A stretch of DNA of 64,000 nt from Chara braunii. Lineage: Eukaryota > Plantae > Charophyceae. The notes under the pieces are model-generated. The model was not told where the DNA came from, made no database searches, and saw only the letters and a list, made by a program, of their open reading frames with translations. This document shows positions 1-13,240 of the stretch, in pieces (position 1 is the stretch's first letter; each line of letters opens with the position of its first letter). Location: assembly GCA_003427395.1 (NCBI GenBank), contig BFEA01000035.1, positions 976,003 to 1,040,002 of the forward strand, written 5' to 3'. The translations under genes were made by a program, and so were the position numbers.

Positions 1-337
1 GTTCCAGTTGATACGTCAATATAGCCTGTAGACTATTTGGAAGAGGAGGTGTCAAATTACTATAGATGGAAGTACGATGCAAATACAGGAAGCAAGGGAG
101 ATATTATTGACATTACTTGAAACAGACTTACGCGCGCAATGGAAGAGGGTAAGGGCCCAAACTCTGCAAAATCCGGGGCAGGAGGAGGAAATAAGGAAGA
201 AATTCAATACCAAGGTCCTGGGGCAAAGAGCGGTTGCAACCATGCAGGGAACTAACCTTGTATTAAATGGAGAAGGGGGGTTGAAAGGCAGTCAATAGAA
301 GGGGGTTAAGGTTCAAAAAAAAAAAAAAAAAAAAAAA
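1..337 (+). mobile_element. 3' end of an L1-like LINE (ORF2 C-terminus plus poly-A)
   Basis: Frame reads ...SL*TIWKRRCQITIDG...LETDLRAQWKRVR (W.IWK.R motif of L1/Tx1 ORF2 tail), followed by a poly-A run at 315-337. Confidence 0.6.
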
Positions 338-1092
338 GGATACAGCAGGACGATTGAAGGAGTGGCCAATTCATGCGAGAAGGTTTGGGCCGAGACAAAA
401 ACGATGATACAAGCTGAAATCCTCTGCAAATGGCGGAGGATCAAACAATCATGGACAGAGGATGAGGACCAACAAAAGAAGGCGGGACTGAGCTTCAAGG
501 GATACCAAGGTCTGCAGCAACGGAGAGACAGTTCAGAGAGATACGAAAGTGGTTCATGACATACTGAAGGAAAAAGCTGGACACAGGCACTGTGAGTTGA
601 CAGGCTAAGTTGCTTCAGGAGACTTTAAGAAATGCTAGGAAAGGATTAGGAGCTTATGTTTCTAGAAAATAAAAATTATATTTGAGGGTTTAGAGTTTAG
701 GGTGTGGACAGAATTAGGACTAACAGGGCTCGGAATAGCAGAGTTTTTAATGTGGTTCACAAGTGGGATTTACAGTTTAGACAAAATTGGCAGCTTTGGC
801 AGCTTCTAGGACCTTTCTCGTTAGTCATGCTTTATATGACAGGTTTTCGCAGTAGACCTGAGAAGAAAGGATGAAGCAGGGCAAGCTGACAGTCAATCCT
901 CCACAATGTTGGAGCAATCAATGCTGGTCAGGGGTCCTTCGGCCAGACCGAAGGAAGCGTGGGTGAGTACTTATGATGTATCCTATTATTCTGACTTGCC
1001 GCTGGAATAGGAACCGGACTGATGCTCCCCGGAATGGAAATGGAGCCAGGTCCATAAGGGCCTGTTTTAATTTAAAAAAAAAAAAAAAAAAA
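338..1092 (+). mobile_element. Second L1-like LINE 3' fragment with 3' UTR and poly-A
   Basis: KVWAETKTMIQAEILCKWRRIK resembles the first fragment's tail; poly-A at 1074-1092. Confidence 0.45.
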
Positions 1093-1102
1093 CAGTACTT
1101 AC

Positions 1103-1198
1103 GCGGACTACTTGCTCTGGGCAGCTATCACCCTTCATCATGGAGCTCAGCAGCTGGCTGATGGGCGCCCTTGTCTCCTTCGGTGTTGTCACAATTGG
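1103..1198 (-). CDS. Probable further exon of the CH-domain gene
   Basis: ttttgaatgtgcag| ... |gtaagt; 96 bp, open only in phase 0 (PIVTTPKETRAPISQLLSSMMKGDSCPEQVVR), loosely like the post-CH helical segment of KCH proteins. The phase link to the previous exon needs an unidentified exon. Confidence 0.5.
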
Positions 1199-2875
1199 CT
1201 GCACATTCAAAAGTTCAACGATTGCATTCATTATCATGGTGCCTAATCATTGTAATTCAACCCATCACAGCTGACAGCAAAAGCCCTTCCCTGCACAGCA
1301 CAGATTTCTCTCTCCGAAACCACTTGAATGGGAAATCCTATTTTGGGTGCAAGGTGATGATGCCAAGGTCCAGCAGCTGCAAGAACTGTGGTGCCATCAA
1401 GACACAACAAGCTGCACAATCAGGCACCACAGGAGAACACATCTGAACTATAACAAGCTGCACAATCAGGCAAAAATCTAGTTTTTAATTCATCAAAAAG
1501 CAAGAAGCCACTGAACATTCATGTATTCCGAGCCTTACCCTGTTTGGTGAGTCTAATATGATTACCAGACACAAGCGCACTTGCTATATCAGGAATCATG
1601 GAACTTGCATCAGATACCCAAAAAAATGACAATGCATCAAGAGTCCAGACTGATGGAGCGACAAACACGTACCAAAATTGACCATACATAGACCATCAAC
1701 AAAACAGATGAGAGAGGGGCGAGTGCAGAGTGGAAAGCATCCAACCTCAGAACGGGCCTTGTGTAACTGGTCTCTAAGAGTTTGGGTAATGTTTATCAAT
1801 CGTGCCGCAGCTGAAACCTCCTCACCTGCACCGGGAAGCCGACAACGAGGGTAATCACTTCAGAACTTCAAAGACACCAAGAAATCTCGGAAGGCACAGC
1901 AAATGCCACAAATTGAAACAAGCTATGCCAATCAAGCAACTTGTGCGCTACGAGAAAGAAGGTGCAAAACATCACTCCCCACCCCTAAGAGGACATGTGA
2001 TTGGCTTGAATGAAAAGCTCTGATCCACGTAATATCCAAATTGCTCCTATTTTTTATGATGATGAGGAAAACACATTCAAAATGCATCGGCTGAACAAAG
2101 CAATGTGGATGTCTGGACTTGCCTGCCTACTAGACAATTGGAAGTCGAGGGAATGACCGAAGCACCAAGTGGTTCATGCAAAGCCAATTATGCAATGATT
2201 CAATGAAGCAATACCGGCACGTTACAACGTCCTGTGAATGAAAGCATTACCATTGTCATTCTATCTTTCCTACATGCAGATAAATGCATCCCTGGATTTA
2301 TGTAATACCCCAGTCAGGGGGCTGCTTAGTTGACCATGACCACAGTGACAACCTGTCAGACGATGGAAGCCCCAAGTGGTTTGTGCAAAGCCAATTATAC
2401 GCTGATTCAAGGAAGCAATACCGGCACCTTGCAACGCTCTGTGAAGATTGCCTTCGTCAATCCACCTCTCCTACGGGCAATGCACTTGTGAATTTATGTA
2501 ATATCCCACCCAACGGGCTGGTTAGGTGATGAATGCACTGAAAAACTGCCAGTGATCGACTGCACCATTTTGCTCATGCCAATGGCCAAGACAGTTAAGA
2601 AATGCTGCATCATAACATCCATCATTTCCAACCTATTGCATTTACATTATCTATGGACCATGCCGAAGGCAATCAGCTGATATATGGACATTTTTCTCTT
2701 TGGTGTTACTGAATGCAATGCAAGATACTGCAATCATGGGCATATTTCCAATTCATGGCAGAAAGATATAGCATTGGAATCAAATTCCACAAACACATGG
2801 CCATTGAAGTACTGAATGACTTTCCAAAAGGCTATTGGATAGATTTCCCTTATAGTTGTGTGTGACTTGACCTAC

Positions 2876-3476
2876 CATTCATGCCACAACCATGGATCTT
2901 CTCCCATCCACCGGTGTCAATTGAAGCAGCATTCATTGACATGGAACGACTGAGAGTTCCTGCGCCCGCTGTGAGGCCATGCCCACTGACTGTCACAACT
3001 GCGGCAGAAATAACCGAGTTATCAGTACCACCTCCTGGTGTGGTAACCATTGGTTGCTGCTGAAGATGGTGATGATGATGGTGGTGGTGGTGGAGACCAC
3101 TCTCTCGCCATTCCTCCTCATACTGGAGGTCAGTGCCTAGGTCATTCGCCAATTCAGCGTAACCTGGGATGTCAGGAAATATGAGGGACCTGCGCATGCA
3201 TGGAGCTCCACCCTTGGATCCATAGAACGCATTGCCTTGCCTCACTGATGATCGGGACCGCGATAATGGAGACATAAGCGGAGTGCTCAGTGGCGAACCT
3301 CTATTCATGCCGGAGCTGCCGGAGCGAGAGTTACCTGGAGGAACATACTTCCATCCTGGATTGCCATTTGTGGGCATTGGACGTGGTCCATTCTGCTGTC
3401 GATAATCACAAAGGGCTTTCAGACCCAAGACGCATTCCACAATGCGGGTCGTCGTGCCACTGACGAGAGGGCTTTC
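2876..3476 (-). CDS. Next exon of the same gene: end of the CH domain plus a low-complexity linker with a poly-His/Gln tract
   Basis: gtatgtgcag| acceptor in phase 0. ESPLVSGTTTRIVECVLGLKALCDYRQQNG continues directly from ...ASDLEQ, as in the KCH motif (R/K)[IV]V.C[VI]L.LK. Open for 200 codons; probable donor AATG|gtaggt, 3' boundary less certain. Confidence 0.8.
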
Positions 3477-3634
3477 CTGCACATACGACCCCTCCCCAGG
3501 TCAGACAGAAGCAACTGCATACAGACAGCGTATTCTCCACACACAGCAAGTAGTGAGGTCATAAAAGGGCGGGCTCCACGGTACAGCCATGACAGAAGTT
3601 CATCATGCAAGATAAAAAGACATCAACTTGGAGG

Positions 3635-5433
3635 TGCAAGGAAACATTCAATGAGAAAAACAAATTTCTGAAATGCAAGAGCCCATAGAAGAACCACTAT
3701 GAGCGAATTGAGGTGAAAGCAGAATACAAAAGCTGATAGCACACCAATCAGGAACACTGAAGTCTCTTGACAAAGAAAGTCCAACTTCTCGCGTCCAATG
3801 AATACAACAACAATGTACTAGCCCAACTGTGATCTGTGCATCTTACTCTGCTCACAACTTCTCCTACACATACTAGTCTACTAATCTCACTTTCTCTAGG
3901 CTGCCCCTTGTAAACACCAGGTGAGACCCGCCAGTTCGTACCCTCTTCGTCCTTACCCTAACCACTGCAAATCTCGCCATCCTGCTGCCATGCTTAGAAC
4001 CGTCGAGCTAAGGCAGGCACCTGGCCAGCAGCCTCCTGCAACGGCACACTCTGGCCGCAATGTGCTGCCCAGCACTGCCACAAGATCCCAAATACCCAAA
4101 TCTCCACTCCCCAGTAGCCTCCCTCCTTTTGTCTGCTCTGGAGGCCACAGTCTTGTCCCAGTGGGCAGTGCCTACTGCCCACCGGTCTGAGTACCGGTCC
4201 TGGCCTCCATAACTACATGACGGCTCGGCCTACTGGTTAGTTAGAGGGGCTGGCGCCTGGCTCAGGACCAAAAATCCCCACTGCTGACCATCACTTAGGG
4301 CCAGCATCGCCTCTGGTGGCCTGGCCTTATTTCCACGAGTGACCAATTTGAAGCACGCTGAGGCCTGGAGCCTCACATTCCATCTTTGTTAGATTTGAAA
4401 GCCCTCTGGGAACCCTTTTCACACTTGCAGTTGCTTCCCTATAAACCACCACTCCCCCCCCACTAAATTGTCAACATCAGCCCTCGCCAACATCGACAAT
4501 GCGCTCAATTGTCAACATCAGCCCTTGTCTCACCACCATCAACAATGCGCTCAATTGTCAACATCAGCCCTTGTCTCGCCATCATCAATTATGCGCTCAA
4601 TGTCTCGTCTCCTACTTGGCGCTCAGCGCCCAGATTACGATCACACAGCTCATATACTAGCCAACACTGATGACAACGCAACAGGAAGACTTCAGTGGCA
4701 GAACCCAAAGTTCGTGCAGATGTCGCCCATGCAGACCTCCAGGACAAACCAGGTACGTCCCCACTCTCTTGCCCTCTCTCTGCTCACCCTCGTTTACTCC
4801 CAACACCTTGTCCTTCACCCAAGAACCATTGTCATACCCCGCTGACATTCGTGAACCCGAGCCCAGCTATGGCTGGCTGTGCTCTGCACTGCGCCCAGCA
4901 GCATCCCTCACCACCTGCGCCCGCATGCGCTTACCCAGGCTCTCCCTCCAGTGGCTCACCAGATCCCAGAATGGCAGCGCTGCCACACGAAGTGCCCAAA
5001 TGAGCAAGAGGCCAGCGGGCACTTTCCTACATGGAAAGTGCTTGCCTGTCCACACAAGCCTGCCCCTGGCAACCATGTGCCATGTAGCTTCAGGTTGGGC
5101 CAAAGTATCTATGCCCTGCCCCATTCAGATAGCAGCCTGGGACTGTGGCAGTTAGGCACGCCCAACTGTACTACGGGGTGTGCGCCACTTGCTGCATCCT
5201 GATACGCCGGAAGGCCTTTTTCCACGTCATCCCCGGAAGAGCCTAGAATGCTCACGATCCTGCAGTTGCATTGAGTGAAGGGCCCTTGGCGCTCAGTAAC
5301 TGAGCGGCGCCCAAGAGGCCTGAAAATGCTCAAAGAGGCCCCATGGAGAAATGCAGGCTCACCTTCACTCAGGGCGAGCGCCTTGCTTGCAGTGGGGACC
5401 CTGTATAGGCCTGCCCAGGATAAAATCCTCGCA
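3635..5433 (-). mobile_element. LTR sequence (possibly two juxtaposed LTR pieces) of the tgcaagg...cctcgca Gypsy family
   Basis: Starts tgcaaggaaa and ends cctcgca like the LTRs at 21426 and 29631; followed by a PPT (ctccctcctt, 5434-5443); internal ~45-bp tandem repeats at 4465-4600. Confidence 0.55.
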
Positions 5434-6147
5434 CTCCCTCCTTCACTACTCTGATAGTCCTCTGAGAAGCCCTTAGCCAGTCCGCTGCTTCCCTTTCAGC
5501 CTGCTTTCATATCCTGCGACCACATCTGGAGCAGTCTTCATCAACTCTTCTCTTGAAAACCACTGGTCTTCCTTAGGATCAACATGATGCCTAAACCACA
5601 CCCTATACTCTGCATCTGCGGTTTGGGCAGTCTTCCTCTTCCTGGAGGCTTCGGAACCAGCATCATCTTGTGCTCAGTGATGTTGTCGATGTCAACATGT
5701 CCATGCATGGTTGGGTGCAGCATGGCCCATGTGCGGAGTGTCCGGGGATTCAAGTGACATAAGAGGGTCCATCCAGATCATCTCCTAATATATCCAGAAC
5801 TTCCCATGGTCCGAAGTACTGTGGCATAAGCTTGCCCCATCTCAGATGACTTAACCCAAACTCTATCGCCTACCTGAAAGTTGAACGGGCATCTGTGCCT
5901 ATTCTCAGATGCAATCATGGCATCCTGATATTCCCGAATTTGTTTGACAGCCTGCTGCAGCATCTTGTCATAATTGACAGCAAACACTATGCTGCCAGGT
6001 GCTGCTATTGGCTGATTTTGAGGCAACAGAGTCTAGAGTGGAACGGGGCTTCCAACCAAGATGCAGCTGGTTGGCAGTCATGCCAGTAGTGTTGTGCACA
6101 GCATTGTTTTACAGGCTGGCGCTGAGAGAGAACTTCTCATCCCAATC

Positions 6148-7052
6148 CAGTGCTGGTCCCCAGGTGGACCAGGGACCCCTCCCCCGACCGGAAGCCTCCT
6201 GGTTGGACCGGGCGGTCAGTCATCCCGGTCGGCTCCCGGTCGGCCCCAGTGCATTTTGGCTGGAGGCAAACTTTGGGCAAGAAAACGGCCTGGCTTCCTC
6301 GCGCGGCCTTGCAGAGGACGCCACCACTGGGGAAAAAATAGAGGGGAGCGGTAGACCCCCTCTACAGATCTTCAAATTTTATACAGGCCGGGAGCTACTC
6401 CCACAAAGGAGTTCTAGTATCGTGTAGTCCAATGGACCATGGACCAGATGATACTGGCCAGCCCACATACTCGACCAGTCTCTACCATGCGAAATACTTT
6501 CAGACTGATGAACGACCCTATATTGAAAAAAGCATAGGGAAAGCACTCTGACAGTCTCACTACACGAGCTGAAACCTGAACCCATAACTTTCTTGTAGAG
6601 AGTCGCGCTCTGGAAAAAGCGTACAAAGTTTGGGAAAGCATTGCTGAAAACATGTTGTATTCAGCCTTTCGGGTATCAATTTTATATGTATGATTTTGTG
6701 GTCCATAAGACCACACGGTTCTGAATTAAAATGTATGGGCCATGGAGGGGTCGAACAAGTGAGCTTGTTTACTCGAGTCCTACAATGTTACCTCTGCATT
6801 GAATTACTGCAGAGTGTGGCGCAGCCCTGCCCCGTCCAAAGGGCAGCTACCCAAAACCCCACCTCCCTTGCCTCCCCTCCCCTCCTCCACCCCAGTTCCC
6901 CCCAAAAAAATTCTTAATTCAAACCTTTTTATTATGGATTCTGACTGGTCTCGACGAGCAAAGTCGGGCACAACCAGAATTCCGGTTGGGTCAACCTCAA
7001 CCGATCCGGCTCGGTCAGGTCCAGGTTGAGGCCGGTCATTGGCCCAGAGCTG
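6148..7052. mobile_element. Non-autonomous hAT-like element (MITE) inserted in the Gypsy integrase
   Basis: 8-bp TSD tcccaatc (6140-6147) / tcccagtc (7053-7060); imperfect TIRs CAGTGCTGG / CCAGAGCTG; splits integrase at QDDWD|EK; no ORF. Confidence 0.75.
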
Positions 7053-9442
7053 TCCCAGTCATCCTGGCTTGGCTTAATGTAGTGCCGCTGCAAATGCTGC
7101 ACCACACAGTTCATCTGCTCCGCTTGGCCATTTGACTCAGGATGGTTTCGTGACGTCATCTGCAGTTGGGTGCCCATCTGCTTTGCTGCATTCTGCCACA
7201 TTTCACTCGTGAAACTGATGACTCGATCACTCTGACAATATACTTCAGAAGTCCAAAACCACGCACTCAGTTGTCCATAAACAACTTGATGACCTAGTCA
7301 GTCTTCGCGGCCTTTAGCATAGCAATCAGTCTAGCGTACTTACTAAATCTGTCCACAATGACAAACATGTGCCGATTGCCATTCTTACTGGTCATGTGGG
7401 TATCCACAAATGGACATGCCATGCCCAGCCCCTGCTGGGATAGGCAAGGGCTTGATAAACCCAGGTGTGTGTTCGTCCTTGGTTTGTGACGTTCACAAAC
7501 CTGGCATGTTTCTACATACCTCCTGTCAGCCACCGAGAGCGTTGTACTAAACTTGCTCAAGTCTTCTTGAATCCGAAGTGTCCGGTTGCATTGTGACACT
7601 CTCCTACGAACAAAATCCGCAGAGATTCACTAGACAGGACACAAAGTCATCTATTCCTGGCCTTCTCAAGGAACACCAAGCCTTCAACAGCGCAAACTCG
7701 TCAGATGTGGCCTTGTCTTTGGCGTCAAGCTCGCACATAATTTCAAACATTGCTGGGTATGATCAGTAGGCTTCCACCATAGATTGAGATACATCATTGG
7801 CCAGTCCAAACTCAGTCACTAACCCACCCACGCAATCTGCCCTTGTTAAACTCTCCCTTCAGGTATTGAAGTTTGAAGCCATATTGATCAATGACCTCAA
7901 TCCACCTCTTCAGAGCGTCAGAAAGAGTAGGTTTCATTTTGATCCAGTGAAGAGTCTCCTAGTCAGCTCTTACGAGAAAGAATCTGCCAAGGAGGTAGTG
8001 CCTCCAAAGAACAACGCCTTCTAGAGGGCATAGAGATCTCACTCGTAAGTGGACTTAGCTAGTTTCTGAGACGACATCTTTTTGCTCATGTACTCGACCC
8101 GCCTCAACTTGTTCCCCTCCTGCTGTGCAAGGACCGTGCCAATGCCATATTGGCTGACGTTTGTGGTCACAAGGAATGGCTTCTCAAGATCAGGAAACTT
8201 CAAGACCTCATAATGCATGAGAACATACTCGATAACCTCCTGCCCACGCCTTGTGAGCATATACCTCACGTACGTTGGCACTGTCCTCAACCATGCGTTA
8301 AGGTTCGGGAGCTGCCAACAGTATCTTGGGAACCCATTGTGGCTGTGGTCCAAGCCCCTGCACCTGCTGAACCCGTGCCTGTACCGGCTGAACAGGTGGC
8401 TGAACCTGCTGCGGGGACTGCTGCACCTGCTGTGGGGGTCGCCGAACCTGTTGCACAGGTTGCTGGATTTGCTGCTGCCCTTACCTGCAGCCGAGGGCTG
8501 GAAACGAAGATACGGGTGCAGGGGCCTGCCAACTAGCACCTACTGATGGACCACCTGGTTGGATTATGCCACGCTGAGGTACAAAGGGATCTCTCATAGG
8601 TGGCAGCAACATAGATGGTCCAGCCGCCGCTGGAGGAACTACCACAGGTTGCACAGCTCTAGGTACAGGCCTAGGGCCTCTCTGCGCTGCCAGGATCTGA
8701 TCCTCACCTGCTATAAGGGTGGACAGCATGTCCTGCTGCACGGCCACCTCAACCACACTCAGGAGACTTGCCTGAAGTGCCCTCACATCGGGACTAAGTC
8801 GTGCCTCATCCATAGCCTCTACCTGTTTAGGTCCCCCTCTATTCTGGTCTTTCTTTTTCTTGCTCTATCTCTTCTATCCGCTACATCCCCCAGTAATTGG
8901 TCTTGTAAGGACATCTGCCCGCTGGATCTCCCAATCCTCGACTGACAGTGATGGTTGCTGGTTCTAATGCGAGCCAGCAAACTGAAAGGATGACGACTGT
9001 TACGGACTCGGCCAGGGCTCGACCCCTGGTCCGCAGGTTACCAACCGCCAGGCTGCCATTTTATTTTGGGTTTCTGTTCTCCGTTTCCTGACTGTTGGCG
9101 CCCATTCTCAAATTCCTCCTTTGGCACTTTCAGATTTCAATACTTGGCGCCATCCAGCATTCTGGAGCCCAGACTCAGACCTTCGATTCTCAGTTCAGCC
9201 CTGAGGCGCACTTCTGCCCTTGGGACTGAACTTGAGTGCGGTACTTAAGACCTGACTCGAGCCCAGTACAGGCAACCAGTTTGGAGCTACTATGCTTGCT
9301 TCGCATCACTTGCCCCTCCTGCATCGAGATTTGAAGACTTCGACTTTGAGACTCAGCTACTTTGTCTGCGTCCGTCGAGTCCGTCAGTCATGTCGAGTGA
9401 GTGAGTGTGTGTGTGTGCTCCCACTCTCTCCCTCTCCTCTCC

Positions 9443-9518
<76 letters not shown>

Positions 9519-9598
9519 NNNNNNNNNNNNNNNNNNNNNNNNNNNNNNNNNNNNNNNNNNNNNNAACGTCAAAAGATATTCCTTCATGGGTACTAGAT

Positions 9599-9636
9599 CT
9601 GTCTCTTATACACATCTAGATGTGTATAAGAGACAG
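9599..9636. other. Nextera mate-pair junction adapter (assembly artefact)
   Basis: Exact CTGTCTCTTATACACATCTAGATGTGTATAAGAGACAG; the preceding 9565-9598 is a copy of 19639-19672, about 10 kb away. Confidence 0.98.
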
Positions 9637-10903
9637 CCCTGATGTAGCCTGGCCAACACTAGATGAAGAAGCGTGAGACGTAGCCTGCACTTGCGAAGTT
9701 GCAGATGTTGTAGCCATGGCTGCTGCTGCTTCAGCTCCAGCGTGTGCAACTGCTACTGCTGCTAAAGCTCTCTCTGCCTCAGGTGCTGCTATGCATGCAA
9801 TCTCTACATGCCTCCTTTCTGCAGCTTCTCGTCGTAGTTCCTCCCCTGGCTCTAAAGTCAGGCGGGTGATCGGCTGACTAAGTGCTTCCGAACGGGGAAT
9901 TCTCCATCCCCTTCTGGTCTAGTCTATTACCGTCTCTATCTTCTCCACTCATCGGCTGCACCCGGATCGCAATCTGCACTAGTGTCCTTGCATGAGACGT
10001 AGCCTGCGCTTGTGAAGAATCTCTAAATGCCTCCTTTCTGCTGCTTCCCGTCGTAGTTCCTCCCCTGCCTCTAAAGTCAGGCGGGTGATCGGCTGACTAA
10101 GTGCTTCCGAACGGGGAATTCTCCATCCCCTTCTGGTCTAGTCTATTACCGTCTCCATCTTCTCCACTCATCAGCTACACCTGGATCGCAATCTGCACTA
10201 GCGTCCTTGATGGAACCAACCACAGCATAATGTCCAACCATTGCTAAAAATAAATAACATCAAATACATATTTGGTCCAGTGTTTCCGGGAAGTAGTCAA
10301 GCCGTACCAGTAAGAATGTTCAGACCCCTACAAACAATTTTATTCCTACTTTAAGTAGTCTCAAACAGATGCAATGTAGAAACAGAATGAAAGACTGTTG
10401 TCACTGTTCTACCTACAGCAGTCTGTCAGATGTGGGCAGTCTGTCACATCCCTTTTTTTTTTTTTTTGAAAACAAGTGCTCCAATCAATTCGTGGGGAGC
10501 AGCACGTGCTGGGAACCGGGCCCAGCGTCCCATATCGAATTGTACAGCTCATTGACAACGTTTGAGATCATTTGAGATACCGGGGCCATTGCCCGGCTTC
10601 GGCGGAGAACAGTCTGAGAACACGATGTGATTCAGAAAGCATGGGAAGTATCATGAATATCTAATGACCATACTTGCGGCGCACAGCACCGGTGCGCGCT
10701 TCGCTGCGCATGCGTGTGTGCGTTGCGCTATGTACAGGGTGGAGCGCACATACGCAAGCGCGAGCAGGCATACGCCCATGCGCAAGCGCACGCATGCGGG
10801 TTGGGCTGGGGCAGGTGGGCTGGATGCGCAGTTTTGGGGGGAGTGGGGGTTGGGGTCCCAACGGGCGTTTGCTTTGGGGGGAGAGAGCAAGAGAGAGAGA
10901 GAG

Positions 10904-10967
<64 letters not shown>

Positions 10968-11631
10968 NNNNNNNNNNNNNNNNNNNNNNNNNNNNNNNNN
11001 NNNNNNNNNNNNNNNNNNNNNNNNNNNNNNNNNNNNNNNNNNNNNNNNNNNNNNNNNNNNNNNNNNNNNNNNNNNNNNNNNNNNNNNNNNNNNNNNNNNN
11101 NNNNNNNNNNNNNNNNNNNNNNNNNNNNNNNNNNNNNNNNNNNNNNNNNNNNNNNNNNNNNNNNNNNNNNNNNNNNNNNNNNNNNNNNNNNNNNNNNNNN
11201 NNNNNNNNNNNNNNNNNNNNNNNNNNNNNNNNNNNNNNNNNNNNNNNNNNNNNNNNNNNNNNNNNNNNNNNNNNNNNNNNNNNNNNNNNNNNNNNNNNNN
11301 NNNNNNNNNNNNNNNNNNNNNNNNNNNNNNNNNNNNNNNNNNNNNNNNNNNNNNNNNNNNNNNNNNNNNNNNNNNNNNNNNNNNNNNNNNNNNNNNNNNN
11401 NNNNNNNNNNNNNNNNNNNNNNNNNNNNNNNNNNNNNNNNNNNNNNNNNNNNNNNNNNNNNNNNNNNNNNNNNNNNNNNNNNNNNNNNNNNNNNNNNNNN
11501 NNNNNNNNNNNNNNNNNNNNNNNNNNNNNNNNNNNNNNNNNNNNNNNNNNNNNNNNNNNNNNNNNNNNNNNNNNNNNNNNNNNNNNNNNNNNNNNNNNNN
11601 NNNNNNNNNNNNNNNNNNNNNNNNNNNNNNN

Positions 11632-12558
11632 GGAGAGATAAACACAGCGGAAGACTTGACCATGCGATATGACAGGGTACACTGAATGTGCAATTCACTC
11701 CACTGAATCCTCACAACCAGTCATAAAGGAAAGCCGAGAAGATCACATCCATGAAACAATGAAATGATGTTAGTCCAAACACAGTACTACACTGTTTAAT
11801 AAACTCAGAGTCTCGAATTGTCAGGATAACTTCAGTACCATAGTGCGCTGCTCAGAAATGAGCAGCGCTTTACTCCCCAACCCTGAATAACACCCGTGAC
11901 ACCCCCTGAGTCCCTGAAACATCAAGCGCCACCCAGATACAGCCTGCTGGGGGTTAACGCCACCCTCAAACAGGCCTCTGAGGCCAAGCGCCACTCAGAG
12001 GACGAAGAAGAAGACCAGCGCCACAATATCTGATGATGACGAGGTGTCGGAAGACTTCCCGGGTGGAAGTCTGCAGCAGCACCACCACACCCTGACAAGA
12101 TGACCTCTGAGAAGAAGTTGTAGTGCCCTAACCCTGGAACCCCACTCCGGAGGAGGGTCCAGCAGGGCACCAACTCTCTCGCCTCCTAGCAGACTCCAAA
12201 TAGCTCGGACCTTTGAACAGCCCTGCGTGCTTTCAGAGGACAGCGTCAGCCCCAGCTATGGTCGATGCTCCGCAGGTCCAGCTATGGCTATCTCCCTCAA
12301 CGCTGAGCCGTCACCACTTCCAGTTCATGCGTTGTGCAGCAGCTATGTACATGGTACCAACCGCCAAAAGCCCCCCACCCAGGTGCCCAATCTATCTATA
12401 AACTACAACTATCCTGGACTCGACCTAGACCGGACTCACTGACCGACCGGTACCGTATCTGTTTCGGCCTCTCGGCCTCTACCGGACCCCGCTATAGGCT
12501 ATAGGACTGTCTATTCAGAATAGGCCCTTAGGCCCTGTCTGTCCTAGGGGTACCTCAC
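11632..12558 (-). mobile_element. LTR fragment
   Basis: Contains aacacagcggaagactt, as in the LTRs near 44800 and 54510; ends ...gtacctcaca; non-coding. Confidence 0.5.
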
Positions 12559-12659
12559 AGGTAGGTCTCTCGGTTAGCCCTCAGCCAAAACAAAATTGTG
12601 AATCTGTCCTACCGATAGCACAGCCTCGACAGAGAGAGGCTATAGACGACCAGAAAACA

Positions 12660-13240
12660 GCAAGTCATTGTTGTACATCCCAGCTATCTGAGGCAGTTTG
12701 ATATCCCAATCTACTTGACCAGGATTCAGGAGTAATGTCTGAGAAGCTGCTTCACTTGTGTGTTCATTTGCTCAGATTAGCTGTTTTCAGAGTAATTTCC
12801 TGACATCATCTTCAGGTCTGAACCTAACCTCTTAGCTAGGTCCTGCCACAGTTCACTTGTGAACTGTACATTCCTATCACTTACAACGGTGTTCGGTAAT
12901 CCAAAGAATTTAATCCATTCATTAGTGAATTCATTTATTACTAATTCTGCCGTAGCTGCAGCTGGTAGAGGTATGAAACAAGCAAATTTAGAGAATCGGT
13001 CGACAATCACAAGAATCTGCTTGTTTCCTGTCCTGTTGGTCACCAAGGTGTCCATGTCCATGAAATCCATCACCAGCGACTGACCAGGACCTTCGGGAAT
13101 AGTAAGAGGCTTGATTAAGCCTACAGGTGCTTGTGCACAGGGCCTGTCTCTCTTTGGCAAACCTGGCAACTTTCAACATACACGCACATTCCTCTTCATA
13201 CCTCCACCAAAAATATTGCAAGAGATTAGCATGGGTCTTG
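12660..13240 (-). pseudogene. Gypsy integrase fragment
   Basis: GLIKPLTIPEGPGQSLVMDFMD...VIVDRFSKFACF...VVSDRNVQFTS. Confidence 0.85.

Larger units (their letters stand above)
5434..10450 (-). pseudogene. Decayed Ty3/Gypsy internal region (chromodomain, integrase, RNase H, gag fragments; RT and protease deleted)
   Basis: Motifs HPESNGQAEQMN, VIVDRFSKYA, PFLVTTNVSQYGIGTVLAQ, and a PKPPGRGR chromodomain region; many stops and frameshifts; RNase H joins gag near 8250. Confidence 0.85.

Noticed and set aside
681-703. tttgagggtttagagtttaggg telomere-like repeat
   Set aside because: Only about three degenerate units, inside a LINE 3' UTR.
1539-1845. Candidate small exons 1539-1649 and 1814-1845 with good donors
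   Set aside because: Their phases are mutually incompatible and there is no recognisable homology; unresolved without RNA data.
9599-9636. Perfect 38-bp palindrome resembling Tn5 mosaic ends
   Set aside because: It is the Nextera mate-pair adapter, not biology.
10651-11714. Long ORFs over N-runs and (GA)n/(CT)n tracts (also 14758-15390 and 52593-54032)
   Set aside because: Artefacts of gaps and microsatellites.
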